Assembly (NCBI GenBank): GCA_951406725.2
Contig: OX597817.1
Location: 59,520,001 to 59,584,000, forward strand
Direction: 5' to 3'
DNA: 64,000 bases
Source of the DNA: Octopus vulgaris
Taxonomy: Eukaryota
Position 1 is the stretch's first letter. Each line of letters opens with the position of its first letter. Position numbers and translations under genes: made by a program. Under the pieces are notes generated by a model that saw only the letters and a list, made by a program, of their open reading frames with translations, searched no databases and was not told the DNA's origin. This document shows positions 25,111 through 39,550 of this stretch, piece by piece.

Positions 25111-26894
25111 TTTGTTGATGTAAATGGTGTTCACCAGTTCCAGGCTTTCTTTTATCCTTGTACTTGTTTCAGTCACTGGACTGTGGCCATGCTGGGGCAC
25201 TGCCTTCAAGGATCCAGTTGAACAAATTGACCCCATGACTTATTATTTTTTAAATCTGGCTCTTATTCTATCATTCTCTTTTGCTGAACTGATAAGTTAC
25301 AACGTCATGAACAAACCAGTTGTCAAGCGGTGCAGGGTGGGGGAGAAACACAAATACATATATATGCCACAGGTTTCTCTCAGTTTCCATCTATTAAGTT
25401 CACTCATAAAGCAATAATTGGCCGAAGGCTATAGTAAAAGGCATCTGCCCAAGATACTCCACGGCAGGATTGAACCTGAAATCACATGGTTGCAAAGCAA
25501 GCATGTTAACCACACAGCCACACCTGCATCACATTCTGAGACAGTATAATTGTTAATTTCTTTGTTCTTTCTACAAGTCCTTCTTTGGGATCCTGTTAGA
25601 ATTTTCATTTCTTAACCATTTTTCACACATTCTATAATACTTACTTGCTCTCATCCTTCCAAAAAAAAAATACCTAGTAACAGCATTTAAGAGATGCTGC
25701 ACCATCATTTAGTCTACTTCAATTTGCTTAGATGTTTAAAAAAAAATGGTATTTTGCCACTCCACCCCCTCCAGTCTTGTTAGAATTTTCATTTTTTGGC
25801 CTTTTTCATGCAGGCTTCTATGATGTAATATTTCTTGAGAATATTTTCTCAGGCACCAAAACCTGTTGAGGTGGATTTCCATTATGGAATACGTAATTTT
25901 CAAAGATTTTTCTTTTTCCTATTTGAAAATTTCATTTTTTTTTTTCATTTTTCAAACTGGTTAATCTAATAATAATTCTGCTTGTCACTCTGTTACTTAG
26001 CCCATCTGTAACGCTTTCACATGGTTAGTTGAAGGGAAAGGCAAAATGTGAAAGAAAAGGGAGAGAGAAAAGGAAGGTAAGGCGAAGAGGGAGAGTGTTG
26101 TGTGTTAAGTGTAGAAAATTGTGCATAAAGTGCATTAAGTAAGCATCATATTCCAATTCCATTCACTTTTCAATGCTTAGCAGATGAGTGACCATTTTTT
26201 GATACAGACACAACACAGGTTACGCTTTCAGGTTTTTGGGATAAAGTTTTCAGAAATAACCCGATAGGTTTACCATTCTGTGAAATATTCACAGGTCCCG
26301 CTAGAAAATGTAATATTTTTGCTAAAATACTCACTATTAACATAAATATAGAGTTATTATTATTATTCATCTATCTTTACATTCTAAGTTCAAATTCCAC
26401 CAAGGTCAACTTTGCCTTTCATCTTTTCAGAATCGATAAAATAAGGTCCAGTTGAACACTGGGGTCGATATAATCGACTCATCCCCTCCCCCTAAATTGC
26501 TGCCCTTGTGGAAAAATTTGAAACCATTATTATTACTATTATTATTATTAAGGCAGCAAGCTGGCAGCATTGTCATTGCATTGAACCAAATGCTTAGCAG
26601 CATTTCTTCTGACTTGATACATTCTGAGGCCAACTTATGCCTTTCATTCTTTTGAGGTTGATAAAATGATGACCAAGGTCAATGTATTTGACTTACTCCA
26701 TCTCTCAAAATTGCTGGCCTTGTGCCAAAATTTGAAGCCTTTATTATTATTGTTATTTTTAAAATTTCTATTATTATTAAGATGGCAAGGTGGCAGAATC
26801 GTTAGCATGCTGGACAAAATGCATCGCAGCATTTTGTCTGTCCTTATGTTCTGAGTTCCAATTCCACTGAGGTTGACTTTGTCTTTCATCCTTT

Positions 26895-27794
26895 TATTGT
26901 ATTAGTGTTTGTGTTGTGTGTTGTAATGCATTGAGTAATTGGCTTGCTGGTGGTAGTTTATTTCATTGGATATTTGCTGTATAGAGTGTGTCTTGTGTTT
27001 GTGGATTGTTTTGTTTAGGTTGTATTATTGAATTGATAGTGTATTGTGTAGGATGTGGGCTGTCCCTAGCAGGGCTATTTTTTGGATAGTGTGCTATGTT
27101 GAGGATCCAGGTATAGCTTCTACCTTTTTGTTTATATGTTATTTATCTTGCCCAATGCTCCATTTATTACCAGTATTGTTTTCACCTTCATGCCCCACGT
27201 CATAAATACTTCAATTTCGAGGTCTTTTACTTTGAAAATTTCTCCATTTCTTTTTGAACAATATTTTGGTCTGAAAGCACTGCAATATCTATCAGTAAGC
27301 AGGCATTTTTTTTCTCTAATCCTTGATTATTATGTCTTCATTTCTTGCTGAGTTTTTTCCTGATACATAGGGCAAAGAAACCCACTTATTATTATTATTG
27401 CCTTTGCACAGCTTCTAACGCTGGAGATGTATTACGGTGTCAGCTGTTCACTACCAGTGAACTAAGATAACACCTCTTATTTTTTGAGCACCTTCTGGAG
27501 TATTTGAGCAGTTCCAAGCAGTGCTGTTTTCTGCAAGTGCTCCACCCTTGTTGCAGCCTCTATTTATTCCACATACTTCTTGAAGTTTTTGCTCACTGTT
27601 CCCAGGGCTCCGACAATTATTGGTACTACTGCTACCTTTTTCATCGACCACAACTGCTTAACTTCTCAAGCTAACCTGTCATATCTATCGACTTTTCTTT
27701 CCTCCTTATCACATACCTTGTCAGCTGGTCATGCTATGTCTATGATCCAGCATAGTTTTCTTTCTCAATTAAGACTATGTCCGGCTTCCTATTC

Positions 27795-27833
<39 letters not shown>

Positions 27834-29830
27834 GCTAGAGCATGCAAATTTTGTTAGCAAGTATTTTATCTTGATACTTGGCGACAACAAGTCCCCTCAA
27901 ATTTGAAGAATCTTTCTTGCAGAATATAGAATGGTACTTTCCTGCAGACTGTGAGTTTCAGTTCCAGTCGCTCTCAGTCTTTTAGGCAGCATTTTTTATG
28001 TTGTACCAAGTGCACCAATTACTACAGCTCGCTGATATGATCCTGGTATTTCTCAATTCTCTTCAATTTCTTTGGTATCGACTCTGCTGTTATAGGGAAT
28101 TGTAAAATCTTACACCTGTTTATTTTGTCCTCTGTGGTCATATCTGGTCTTCCTGCCTCAATAGTATGGTCAGTTTTTATTGTTGTTGTTGTAGTGAGCT
28201 GACAGAAATGTCACTGCAGCCAACAGAATTCTTCGTAACATTTCCTTTGCCCCTTTTGCATTTCTGAGTTCAAATTCAGCCAAGAACAACTTTGCCTTTC
28301 ATCCTTTTGAGGTTAAAATAAAGTACCAGTCATGTACTGGGGTCAGTGTAATCGCTCAACTGCATTTTGCCAAAGTTTGAAACCATTGTTGCTATTGACT
28401 TGACTCAGGTTCTGTCTTATTCCTGGCAGAATATATGTGGGTAGCGGGTTACTACCTGGGTAACCTCAGGTATCCACAAGCTTTCAATAGTCTTTCAAGT
28501 GCTTAAAATCCTTCTGATAATCTTTCCTGTTCCTCAGAAACAAATTTTCTGTAGAATCTCTACAAGACATTCTATTCCAATCTCCTTCAACCATTTCTCT
28601 ATAGCTTTGCTTACAGTTCCCAATGCACCAATTATTATAAGCACAACTTTACACTTTTCAAACTTAAAATTCTTGCAATTTTACGTTTAAAAAAGTTTTT
28701 TTTGTTTGTTTTACATCCTCTTTCTTAACAATTCTGGAATCAAACAGACATGATGGATCAATTAGTAAGGAACTTCGCATTTCCTTGTCTATTATTTTCC
28801 AGATTTTTGTCTGTTTGAATAGGAAAGTCTCACTGAATCCTACAATTCTCCGACTCCAGCATTCTTTTGACCCAATGTTCATACTGTGTGTCTCCAGCTT
28901 CAAACCCCCATTTCTGGTAAAGCTTCCAGTGTAAAACAACTTGGTCATGTCTCCATTCCTTATATTCTTCCCGTGCCAGCTGGGGACATTCTGCAACAAT
29001 GTGTGCCACTGTCTCATTCCAAGTTTCACAGATTCTACATTTTTCTGACACTTTCTCTCTCTCTATATATATTTTTTACAACTTGTTTGTTTTTATCACT
29101 TGATTCTGGGCTACTACAATTAGGCTTCCTGCTTCGTTTTTTTTTAACTAAGCCCAGAATTTTGCTCCACATGCATCCTCTAAGATGCTCTCTGTGAATT
29201 TCATTCTTGTCTTTGTCTCCTATTCCACACTTGATCGCTTGTTCCTTATTCACCGTCTTTAGTAGTCTCTCTCTCTCTGTGTTGTTCTGTAAATATTCTT
29301 GTAGGTTTTTTCTTCTTTCCATTCATACACACTCTTCCACAGCAATTAAACCTCTTCTACCCTGGTCTCTCTCCATGTACAGCCAGTTGATATCAGCTTT
29401 CTGGTGGTGGCCTTCACACTTTGTCAACAGCTTTCTAGTTTTCCTGTCAAGTTTCATCATCATCATCATTATTATTATTATCATTCAATAGCCTTGTATT
29501 TATTACATTCTTTGACTGCACTACAAGTGTGACTTTGTGTGCCTAGGCCATGTGCTGTGGCTTGTTTTGGTTATTTTATTATGTTTACAGTATTGAAAGT
29601 ACTCAGCAAATTTCTCTGTTATATTCATAAATCATGGGGTTTTGATTATGCATTTTTCTGTGTGTTTTCAGACCACACCTAAAGCCCCTGTTGTTATTAT
29701 TATAGGTCTTGTTTCTGTCTTCAGGTTCTTCATTCAGGTTATTTCTGTTCCTACATCTTTGATATTTCAATAGTTTCTCCATTTCTTTTATTAATGATAT
29801 TATTATCTGATATCATTATGATGATGATGA
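26895..29830 (-). mobile_element. Cluster of at least five R4/Dong-type LINE fragments separated by (TTA)n/(CAT)n tracts
   Basis: Fragments at ~26895-27345 (LIDIAV..KEMEKFSK..KDLEIEV), 27390-27790, 27850-28180, 28400-29450 (CRICETWNETVAHIVAECPQLAREEYKEWRHD) and 29490-29800. All are in the same orientation. Confidence 0.85.
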
Positions 29831-30051
29831 TTATATCCTGCAAGATGAAAGAGTGTGAGGTGAAGTAAAGCAAGTTAGGAAGGACCATGTAGTCTCTCTC
29901 TCTCTCTGTTTTAAATTCATTTAATTTTGGGTGAGAATTATATAAGGAGGATGAGTCGCCTGTCTGTGGAGCTCTCAGTTCCCCTCTCATCAATGATTGG
30001 TTATTTGTGCTTTTCATGTAAAATAGAAATATTTTGATCCAAGCTGTTTAA

Positions 30052-30273
30052 CCCTTTCGTTAGCAACCCAGCTGAAACCGGCTCTGGCTCTGTTGTACAA
30101 ATGTCTTGTTTTCATAAGTTTTGAATTAAAATCTTCCACCAAACCTTAGTCACAATTTATGTTCCTAACACTAGCTGAATGATAACATAAGTTAGTTTAC
30201 TAAATTCTTTGTTCTATTTAAAGTAATTGAAAGAAACACAGAGCTTCTCAAAATAAATACAGTAACGAAAGGG
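30052..30273. mobile_element. piggyBac-type MITE
   Basis: TTAA duplication (30048-30051, 30274-30277) and TIRs CCCTTTCGTTA / TAACGAAAGGG. Confidence 0.9.
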
Positions 30274-30532
30274 TTAAGCAAAAATAAAGGTTTAATAGAG
30301 AAGTTTGAATATTCTCTTATGTGAAATAGAACTTGAAGCCATTGTGGTTAATGTTGAATTGATGTTGAGACTAGAAATGTGACTTGTTTCTGTATTTTTT
30401 ATTTCTTCCTATGAAGGGTGAGTAGAATGTCGAGTTTGAAGCTATCTATCAGGTAGATATAGACAAACAAATTAGTCTCCTGCCATCCTGTCGGTGTGAG
30501 GTGTCCTTAAAATTACAAAAATAAGAAAAAGC

Positions 30533-30567
<35 letters not shown>

Positions 30568-31249
30568 GTTATGGATGTGAAAGAGTAATTGTATGCTCAT
30601 AACAAGCGTACATTGTAGGATAGATGTCAACATAACACTGTAAACGGGCTAAAATGTCTGCTGTTTTGTTGAAACAGATTTTTCCCACTTTGATATGCTG
30701 GAAACATTTAAAATATATTATAAAACCTAAGGAAAGGATTCCTTTCCTTTTTCTAATGTTATTAATTCTTTACTTGGCATAGTAATGTTAGCTAGTTTTT
30801 TATTTTTAAATTTCTGAGGTTCATGAATGTATTTGAACTTATTTAGTGAACAGAAAATATTTCACAGCAATAGTTAAAGTTAGTAGTATTAGTATATATA
30901 AAAGAAAAAAATTAAATTCCAGATGTTTAACTTTTGTTTAGCCTCGCCATTTCTGATACATGTTTTTCCTCCAACATTTTAACATTGAGTTTATTGTTTA
31001 ATAAAGATTTGTTTTGTTGTAATGGAATTGTAGTCAGCCAAATGAAATTATTTGACTAACACTAAAAGACATTATATTTTAGTATTCCATTATTTTTGAT
31101 GTATTTAATTTCTCAAGAACTTGAATAAGTTATATGATGCTATCTTAACAGATACCAACACACACACACACACTTGCACACACATACACATTTACAAAAA
31201 ATAAATAAAATAAATAGCAGCACAATAGAGCAGTTGGCTTTAGTGAGCT

Positions 31250-31295
31250 TAGTTCTGATTGGTTAACTAGGTTTGCATCAACCAATGACTACGTA
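31250..31295 (+). promoter_or_regulatory. Candidate second promoter with inverted pair of CCAAT boxes
   Basis: CTGATTGGTT (ATTGG 31258-31262) and AACCAATGA (CCAAT 31282-31286) flank an octamer-like GTTTGCAT, inside a ~3.8-kb SINE-free island. Confidence 0.45.
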
Positions 31296-33357
31296 CCTGC
31301 CTGCTGAACTCCTTTCTTGTAGGTCATTCCCTGTGAGAACTAGCTAATGTTCTGCCATGTTGAATCTTTGAGTAGGTAGTAGCAGGAAAGACCAACACTT
31401 ACAGCTATTTAAGGTTGTATGAAAAAATATACTTTTATGTTTTCTGTCGCATGCATTTTGTCCTGCTGAAAACGACCATTCTAAAGGGTTTGCATTTAAT
31501 TTTAAACACAAACAAAAATGATGTTTTCTACACAATTTTTGTAGCTCATCATAAACACATTCCACCTTTCAGTGATAGTAGTAGTAGTAATAATAATAAT
31601 AGTAATAATAATAATAATAAACAATAGTAATAATGATAATGTGAAATACACATGCAGTAGGAACATCATCTCAATATCACCAGCTGCATGAGAGGAATTA
31701 ATTTTACTTTTATGATAGTTATTGTTTTAAGCATCTTTCCTAATTTCAAAGTTATCTTACTAATCCATAATTTATGATAAGCTTCTTCACTGGAATTTTC
31801 CAAGTTAAACAAATCAAGTGGTTCTTACTTAAAAATAGGTAAAAACTAAATAAGTAGTAGAATTATTATATTAAAGTTTTAATCTTTAGAATCACCTGAG
31901 ATTATCATGCAGTTTATTTATTCTTCTGACCTTTAATCAAAATAGTTTGTAAGGGATTTCTCAAATATCTAATTTAAGAAGAAAAAAAAAAATTTCTGTC
32001 AAACCCACCAAATTTTTTGTCATCTACTTTTCAATTAATTTTCTTTTTACAGAAGAAATTGCATTTTGAAATTTTTCATGTAAATGCATTGACAAAAAAA
32101 TTGGTTTTTTTTTCCTTTTTAAGGGATTGCTTTTATATTTTAGCCAGGCTGGGTTTCTCACTAGTTGCTCTTATTCAATATCTTGTTCATTGCAGTCTAG
32201 TTGCCACAGAAGAGAAAACAAGTTCAATACCAGTGGACAGCTGCAAATTCACAGTAACTGACTATTGTTTGGTAGTTTAGAATCTGTGGGGATGTCCTAC
32301 TGAGTTGGGATAATAGCTCAAGCTTTATTCAATTCTTTAATCTGCACTTGGGACTCATTAGCAGTCCTTTGTCTCAGCAACAATTTCATTCATGAGAACA
32401 GAAAGAAATTTATTTAAAAAAGTTCAGCCAGAAAGATTTTTTTCTGAATCTCCTGCAAGTTTTCTCTTTTTTGTTTTTTTTTTTTGTTTTTAGAAATATA
32501 TCTTATTACTTTCTTATTTGAGACAAAATTTGCTTGAAAAGTTCCATGGAAAGTCATGTCCAGAAGAAGCTTCAAACCTTTTCAAATCTTCTGTGTCAAT
32601 TGAAGATATTCACAATTGAAGATATTCACATAAAAATATTCTTTGTGATAGCTTCTGGATATTGTTAAGTTATTTTAACTCTTTTTCAAGAGTCTGTTGC
32701 TGATCCTTTCTATTTAGAGAGAAGAGCAAAGGTCAGTTTTCTATTTTGGAAATGGAAAAACAAAACCTGAATAAATATAAGATAAAAAAAAAAGTCAGTT
32801 ACATGATAGAAGAAATTTTAGAATTTTTCCATTCCATTATAAGTGTAGATAAATATAATTAATTCATTGTAGAAAACAGACTATTTATAGAAAGTGAAGT
32901 GATCTTATTCCCTAAAAATATATTCAGCCAGCCATCTGTCTGCCTGTCTGTTGTGTGTGCGTGAGTGTTTTTTTTAATATTCAGTTGTTAAAATATGACT
33001 CGTGTCATCTGATTTTTCATCAAATTTTACTCTTCATGCATCTGTCAGAAGTTTATAAAAATCTGTCTTTATATTTGTTCAATACAGGCTTAAATTTTTC
33101 AAACCAATAATAATGATATGGTAGTAACAACAACAACAACATGATAAACATAATGAGGATTTAGCTAATTAGTTACTAAACAAAAAACATAAACATACAA
33201 ATATATTTTAATCAGTCTCAACATTGATTTATGCTGAAATATTTTCCTGTTTACATGAATGTGTGTTTTGTCATAAAGGTAAGGTTATGCAACAGTACTT
33301 CGACCGTGCTACAGCTGAGCTGGCTTTAGCTGCATCACAAGTTTATTGTTAGAACAA

Positions 33358-33416
33358 ATGTCAGACTCTGAAATGATACCTGATGGCATGAAGAAAGGGT
33401 TTGGCACTGCAGAAGG
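33358..33416 (+). CDS. Candidate alternative first coding exon (MSDSEMIPDGMKKGFGTAE-)
   Basis: CAAATG start context, protein-like 19 codons in locally GC-richer sequence, weak donor AGG|gtattt (phase 2). Confidence 0.35.
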
Positions 33417-34184
33417 GTATTTCTATGTATTTTTTAAAACTTTCATGTCTAAATTATATTTTCTACATTTGTGGCCATCCCTCCTGTTCATCTGTTCATG
33501 TGGATGTTATCCATTCTAACAGTTTATCATCTGTAATGGATCGACTCTAAGCTGTACTTCATTGTCTAACAAACACATGCAATGAGGAGGTATGTGCACC
33601 CGTACGTAGTATTCACACACACATTTTAATATTTACATATCTAAGTACCTTTTAAAAACAACTGGAAGAATGTGAACATGTGTGTGTGAGTGTGTATTTA
33701 TGTAAATATGTCCAAATTTACACATAATCTTAACACGTGTTAAGATCTTATACAGAAAAACCCATCCCCATCCTGTCTCTTCTCTCTATGATACTTTCCC
33801 CCCTTAAATTAAAAGTTTCTAAACCCTAAACACTATAAATACTTGCTTTTTATCAAGTGGGAAATGCGTGTTGGAGTGAGCTGTAGGCTGCAACATTGCT
33901 GACTTGTATAATAGCCAAGTATAAACTATGGCTGCTGCTGCTGCTGTTGGTGGTGGTGTTGTTGTTGTTGTTAACTATAGCAATGTCTCATTATCATATT
34001 TGTGCATTGAGTAGCAGATCAGATCTTGTCTTTTCCCAAGACTTTCTCTTGCCATTCGGATCATCGTCAAGTTAAGCATGATTTTAAGCATAAAGCCAGC
34101 TGTGATCAACTTCACATTTTCTTCTCATCACGAGTTGAAAAATATGTATCAACAATACCCCGGGACCAACTGTTTCAGTTGCTT

Positions 34185-34681
34185 TATATATGTATATATA
34201 TGTGGATATATGTATATATATTTATACACACACATACACACACACACACACATACACACATACATATATGTACATATAGACATACATATCTATACATGCA
34301 TATATAAATATATATATATATATACATGCATACATATATATAGACATATATATATATATATGTACATATAGACATATCTATACATGCATGTAAATATACA
34401 CACACATAATATATATGTACATATAGACATATATAGCTATATATGCATACATGTCTATATGTGTATACACACACATATATACACATATAGACATATATAT
34501 ATATATACATATACACATATATCTATACATGCATATGTAAATATATATACACATATAGACATATATATATATATATATGTACATATACACATATATCTAT
34601 ACATGCATATGTAAATATATGTACATATACACATATATCTATACATGCATATGTAAATATATATACACACACACATATATA
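34185..34681. repeat. TA/CA-derived minisatellite
   Basis: Repeated units such as ATGTACATATACACATATATCTATACATGCATATGTAAATAT. Confidence 0.9.
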
Positions 34682-34807
34682 TCATCATCATCGTTTAACG
34701 TCCGCTTTCCATGCTGGCATGGGTTGGACGGTATGACTGAGTACTGGCAGGCCGGGAGGCTGCACCAGGCTCTAATCTGATCTGGCAGAGTTTCCACAGC
34801 TGGATGC

Positions 34808-34860
<53 letters not shown>

Positions 34861-35443
34861 GTATTTAGACATACAAGTATGTGTGTGTGTGTTACCTTTA
34901 CAAATTTTGTTTTTTGTGCTGAAGAAATAATTGTTGTTCTAGTTACCACCGCTGCAATGACTTCTGTTTGGCGTTCTCTTCATGGTGGACAGACTGGAGC
35001 AAAGGAAAACAAACAAACAAAAAAAAACACTTTGTGCCATAACATGCTGAGAATGTATTAAAGGAAAATTTTATTTTGTGCTTTAATTTCATTCCATTTT
35101 CAAAAGAAAAATTCCACTGAATATTTTACTTGATGGGAGCAAATGTAAATTTTTTTCTCCCCTTCCTATAGTTTATTTCATCATCATCATCATTTAATCA
35201 TATCTCTTTGCTTTCATAACACACAGTCACATCTATAGGATCATTTCCATCCAGATATGGTGTTCAGTATGTGTGTGTGTACACATTTTGTCTTTAACAT
35301 TCTTTTAAGTTCAAAGCAGCTTACAACAGATTGCCTACAATTTCATTTTGAACAAAAATACCTAGAGAGAACCTCTGATTTCCCTCTCTCTTTCATAGGC
35401 ATGTGTGTGTATATATGTGTGTATATAAATATATATATATATA

Positions 35444-35478
<35 letters not shown>

Positions 35479-35516
35479 CATCATTTAGCATCCGCTTTCC
35501 ATGCTAGCATGGGTTG

Positions 35517-35557
<41 letters not shown>

Positions 35558-36784
35558 GAATATATTTGAATGTATGTATGTCTGTGTATTATATATATAT
35601 ACATACACATGGGTAATTCGCAATTTTACGACTGATATTTCTGCCTTTAGGTTATGTATGTATATATATGCATGTAGGTAGGCATGTATGTATGTGTGTT
35701 TATTTTTATTTATATATATATATATAAATCTATGAATGTATGTGTTTGTATGTATATATATATATATGAATGCTTGTATGAATGTATGTGTTTGTATGTA
35801 TATATATATATATGAATGCTTGTGTGTATGTATGTGTGTGCATGTATATATAGATACATACGTACATAGATTTATATATGTATAGATAGATAGATGCTAT
35901 GTGTGTGAATAACATCACAGTGGTTCTACCTAAAACACGTTAATATAATTGGTTTGGTGAGCTCTTTATAAACCACTAACCTACCGATTCCATTCATATC
36001 TTTCCATTATTTGTGGATTGTGAAAGTTAAACCTCCTCACTCCAGGCTATATGGTACCATAATACCTAAAGCATTTCTGTAGACCCTCTATCATATTGTG
36101 TCTTCAACAACTGTACCCTTACATGCGTTAACCAATATGGAACCAAAATCTTCGTTAGAACTGTTACATTAAACAGTTGTTATGAAACTCTGCTACTATC
36201 AGCTGCCGACTCAAAGAAGTTAACATTTTGGCAAGCAGGGTTTACACTTTACAAAAATTTTCTTACATTTAGTATTGTATTCAGTAGAATACAATGTTGT
36301 TCACAGTAATTCAACGGTTGTAGAGTTTAGAGAGAGAAGATTTAACCATTAATCAAAAAGTTAACTTTGTTAACCATTAATCAGTTAATTCATTAAAAAT
36401 GTAACTGAAGTTATTGATGAGATATTAACATTAATTTCTATTATAGCAAAATACGAAAAATCAGTTTTTGCTCTAAAAACACCTTTAAAAAGTGTCAAAA
36501 CTATAAAATCCGTTAATTTAATTGAATTGAAGTTAGTGGAAGTTAATTAGTCCGATAATGATTTCCAAAGTTAACTTGAAAGTTAAATCTTTAACGAAGA
36601 TGTTAACTTCATTAATTAACAGTGCCCAGGTTTGGATTTAACATACTAGCAAGAAGGCTTTACAATAGTTTTGTGTGTGTGTGTTTGTATATATATATAT
36701 ATATATATATAAAAAAAAGTCATCATTTGATGTCCCTTTACTATGCTGGCATAGGACAGTTGAACACATATATACAAACATATT

Positions 36785-36825
<41 letters not shown>

Positions 36826-37020
36826 CACACACTCACACACATATATATATATATAAAATTATTAAAATTCCCCACAAAGGAACATATTTTGATTTGAAAA
36901 CCCCACTAGAATGGGAGAAAGCGCTAATGATCTAAGTGATATGATATATATATAAAAAATGTAATATATAAAGAAATATCTGTAAATATAAACCATCCGA
37001 TCTTCTGATTACCTCATTTC

Positions 37021-37079
<59 letters not shown>

Positions 37080-37374
37080 TATATACATATACACACACAC
37101 ACACACATATAGCTTAGCTACTATCATATATATATAGGGCGGTGAGCTGGCAGAAACGTTAGCACGCCAGGTGAAATGCTTAGCGGTATTTCATCTGCCA
37201 CTACGTTCTGAGTTCAAATTCCGCCGAGGTCGGCTTTGCCATTCATCCTTTCGGGGTCGATTAAATAAGTACTAGTTACGCACAGGGGTCGATGTAATCG
37301 ACTTAATCTGTTTGTTTGTCCTCTCTGCGTTTAGCCTCTTGTGGGTAGTAAAGAAATATATATATATGATAGTA

Positions 37375-37566
37375 GCCATGATAGATCGCTAGCCACTAAA
37401 CCTTTTTTTCTATTTTCTCCCCCTGTTTATTTCTGTGTCCCTTTCTGTAGAAGAGCGTAGGCTCAAAACGTTAAAGACTTTGTCACTTCCTGAGTGTTAA
37501 ACTAATATATCTGTTTGTTGTTTACACACCTGTCTTCATCTTTTGTTTTGTTTTTTTGTAAATTCC

Positions 37567-37570
<4 letters not shown>
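37375..37570 (+). mobile_element. Hammerhead-variant element, family 2, copy 2
   Basis: cttt CTGTAGA A GAGC gtag GCTC AAAA CG TT aaag at 37441-37476. Aligns with 9655-9852. Confidence 0.7.
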
Positions 37571-37615
<45 letters not shown>

Positions 37616-38269
37616 AGTTGCTCCAACACAGTTGTGTTGCCTGCTGCTACATAAATATGAAAATGGGAAATATTAACAAGAAGGGTTTTACAAATTAAAA
37701 TTGCCTGATGTAAGTTGTTGGTCATAATTTGTGTCATTATCATGGTTTTATACATTGACATGAAGGGTTTGCACTCTGGAATAATTGTATTTTGGAGTAA
37801 GAGTAATAACCATGGTGCAAAATGACCTGCAGCTCTGTGGCTACAGAAAGGTTGCCCTGGTGTTATCCTCTCATAAACATTGATCTCTATTGATCCTTTA
37901 TTGCACATCGTATCAATAATTACATAATTCCGACACTTTGTTTCGTTAATAGTTTTATGTATTCTTATCTTCATCTTGGATAAATGTTTTTTTTTCTTTT
38001 TTATGGCAATCTGGTTTTTTTAAATATTCTTTTAGTACAACTTTAATTTTCGTGAACACTTGTCATTTATTTTTTGTTGTAATTGTTTTTGGAATTGGTG
38101 TAAGCATCAAGATTTCCCATTTCTTCTATTGCTAAATATCTAAGGATCATCATCATCATCATTTAACATTCTTTTTTTCAATGTCATCATGGGTTGGATG
38201 GTTTGACAGGAACTGGCAGGCCAGAGGGTTGCACCAAATTCCAATGTCTGCTTTGGAATGACACTAGCA

Positions 38270-39550
38270 GTCAAAGCAATTATATCTGCTTGGCTTTGCT
38301 TAGTTTATTTGCTCTGAGATGAGCACCACTTCATATATTATCAGGTTTACACCAGAAAACTATGTGGCTGCATTAGAGGTTGAAACAGTGATATGTAATA
38401 AACTTTCTAACAGAAGTCAGGCCAAGAAACATCAAAGCTTGCAACGAAAGATATCAAATGCCACAAGGAATCACAAGTTTGTTGCAATGATGTTTTTTTC
38501 TTATTTTGACATACAACATTATTTCTCTAAGCATCGCTGAGAATTGCCAGGACTAACTAGCAAAATTAAAGATCTTTGTCACTAACGAGGATTTTGACGG
38601 ACAAGAGAAACATGTTAAAATATAACGATACTGTTGATGATGGTAATTGTAAATATATATCTTTTAAAGGAAGAAAAGATATTGGTGGCTCTTCCATATT
38701 TTCAACAGTGTTAAACATCATCATTGTTTAATGTCTGTTTTCCATGCTGGCATGGGTTGGACAGTTCGACTGGGGTCTGGAAAGCCAGGAGGCCGCACCA
38801 GGCCCCAATCTGATCTAGCATTGTTTCTACAGCTAGATGCCCTTCCTAACATCAACCACTCCGAGAGTGTAGTGGGTGCCTTTTACGTGCCACCAGCACA
38901 GGGGCCAGAGGAGCTGGCATCATCCACGATCGGATGGTGCTTTTTATGTTCCACTGGCATAGAAGCCAGACAAAGCAGCACTGGCACATCGTCCACGATC
39001 GGATGGTGCTTTTTACATGCTACTGGCATGGGGCTCACAACTACAATTTCCATTTGATTTGATTTTGATGTTGCTGTTGATCTAATATAAAATGAAATGG
39101 TTCCAGCTGAGAACAGAAACAGAATAGTGAAGGGTCTAATTGTGTGCGTGTGTGTGTTTGCGTGTATCTCTGTGTGTTGCAGTTGTACAATCGCTGTAAA
39201 TGAGTGTCACTGTCCTACAGGCAGGGTCATTCAATTTCAATATTCTGTGAGAATGTGTCTGACCATGAGGAAAGTATTACTTCACTTGGCAACAGGAAGG
39301 GCATCCGGCTGTAGAAAATCTGTCTTAGTAAATTGTATCCAACCCAAAACAAGGACTGTTTTTATGGACAAAGATCTTGATATACAGAAGAAATTCTCCA
39401 TTCCTTGACGGCAATGATATTGTAAAACGGAACCAGTTGAAAAGCATTATTGCTGAAACTGCAAAGAATATTTTGGGGTTGGTAGAATATACAAACAAGG
39501 ATTGGTTTGATTGAAATAATGGCACCACTAACCAAACTGCTTCTTAATAG
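38270..39550 (+). mobile_element. Old RTE (BovB-like) LINE fragment, endonuclease end and linker, interrupted by younger repeats
   Basis: Traces QKTMWLH*RLKQ*YVINF (cf. KTSWMHPRSKHWHLIDY) and NHKFVA near 38350-38490, and NQLKSIIAETAKNILGLVEYTNKDWFD at ~39430-39510. Confidence 0.5.

Noticed and set aside
36300-36635. GTTAAC/TTAA-rich segment ending GTGCCCAGGTTTG, possibly a hAT-type MITE
   Set aside because: No matching left TIR or TSD was found.
37522-37974. 150-aa minus-strand ORF with faint resemblance to Helitron Rep sequence (..ECKPFMSMYKTM)
   Set aside because: The similarity is too weak to call by eye and the ORF runs into (TA)n. A profile search is needed.
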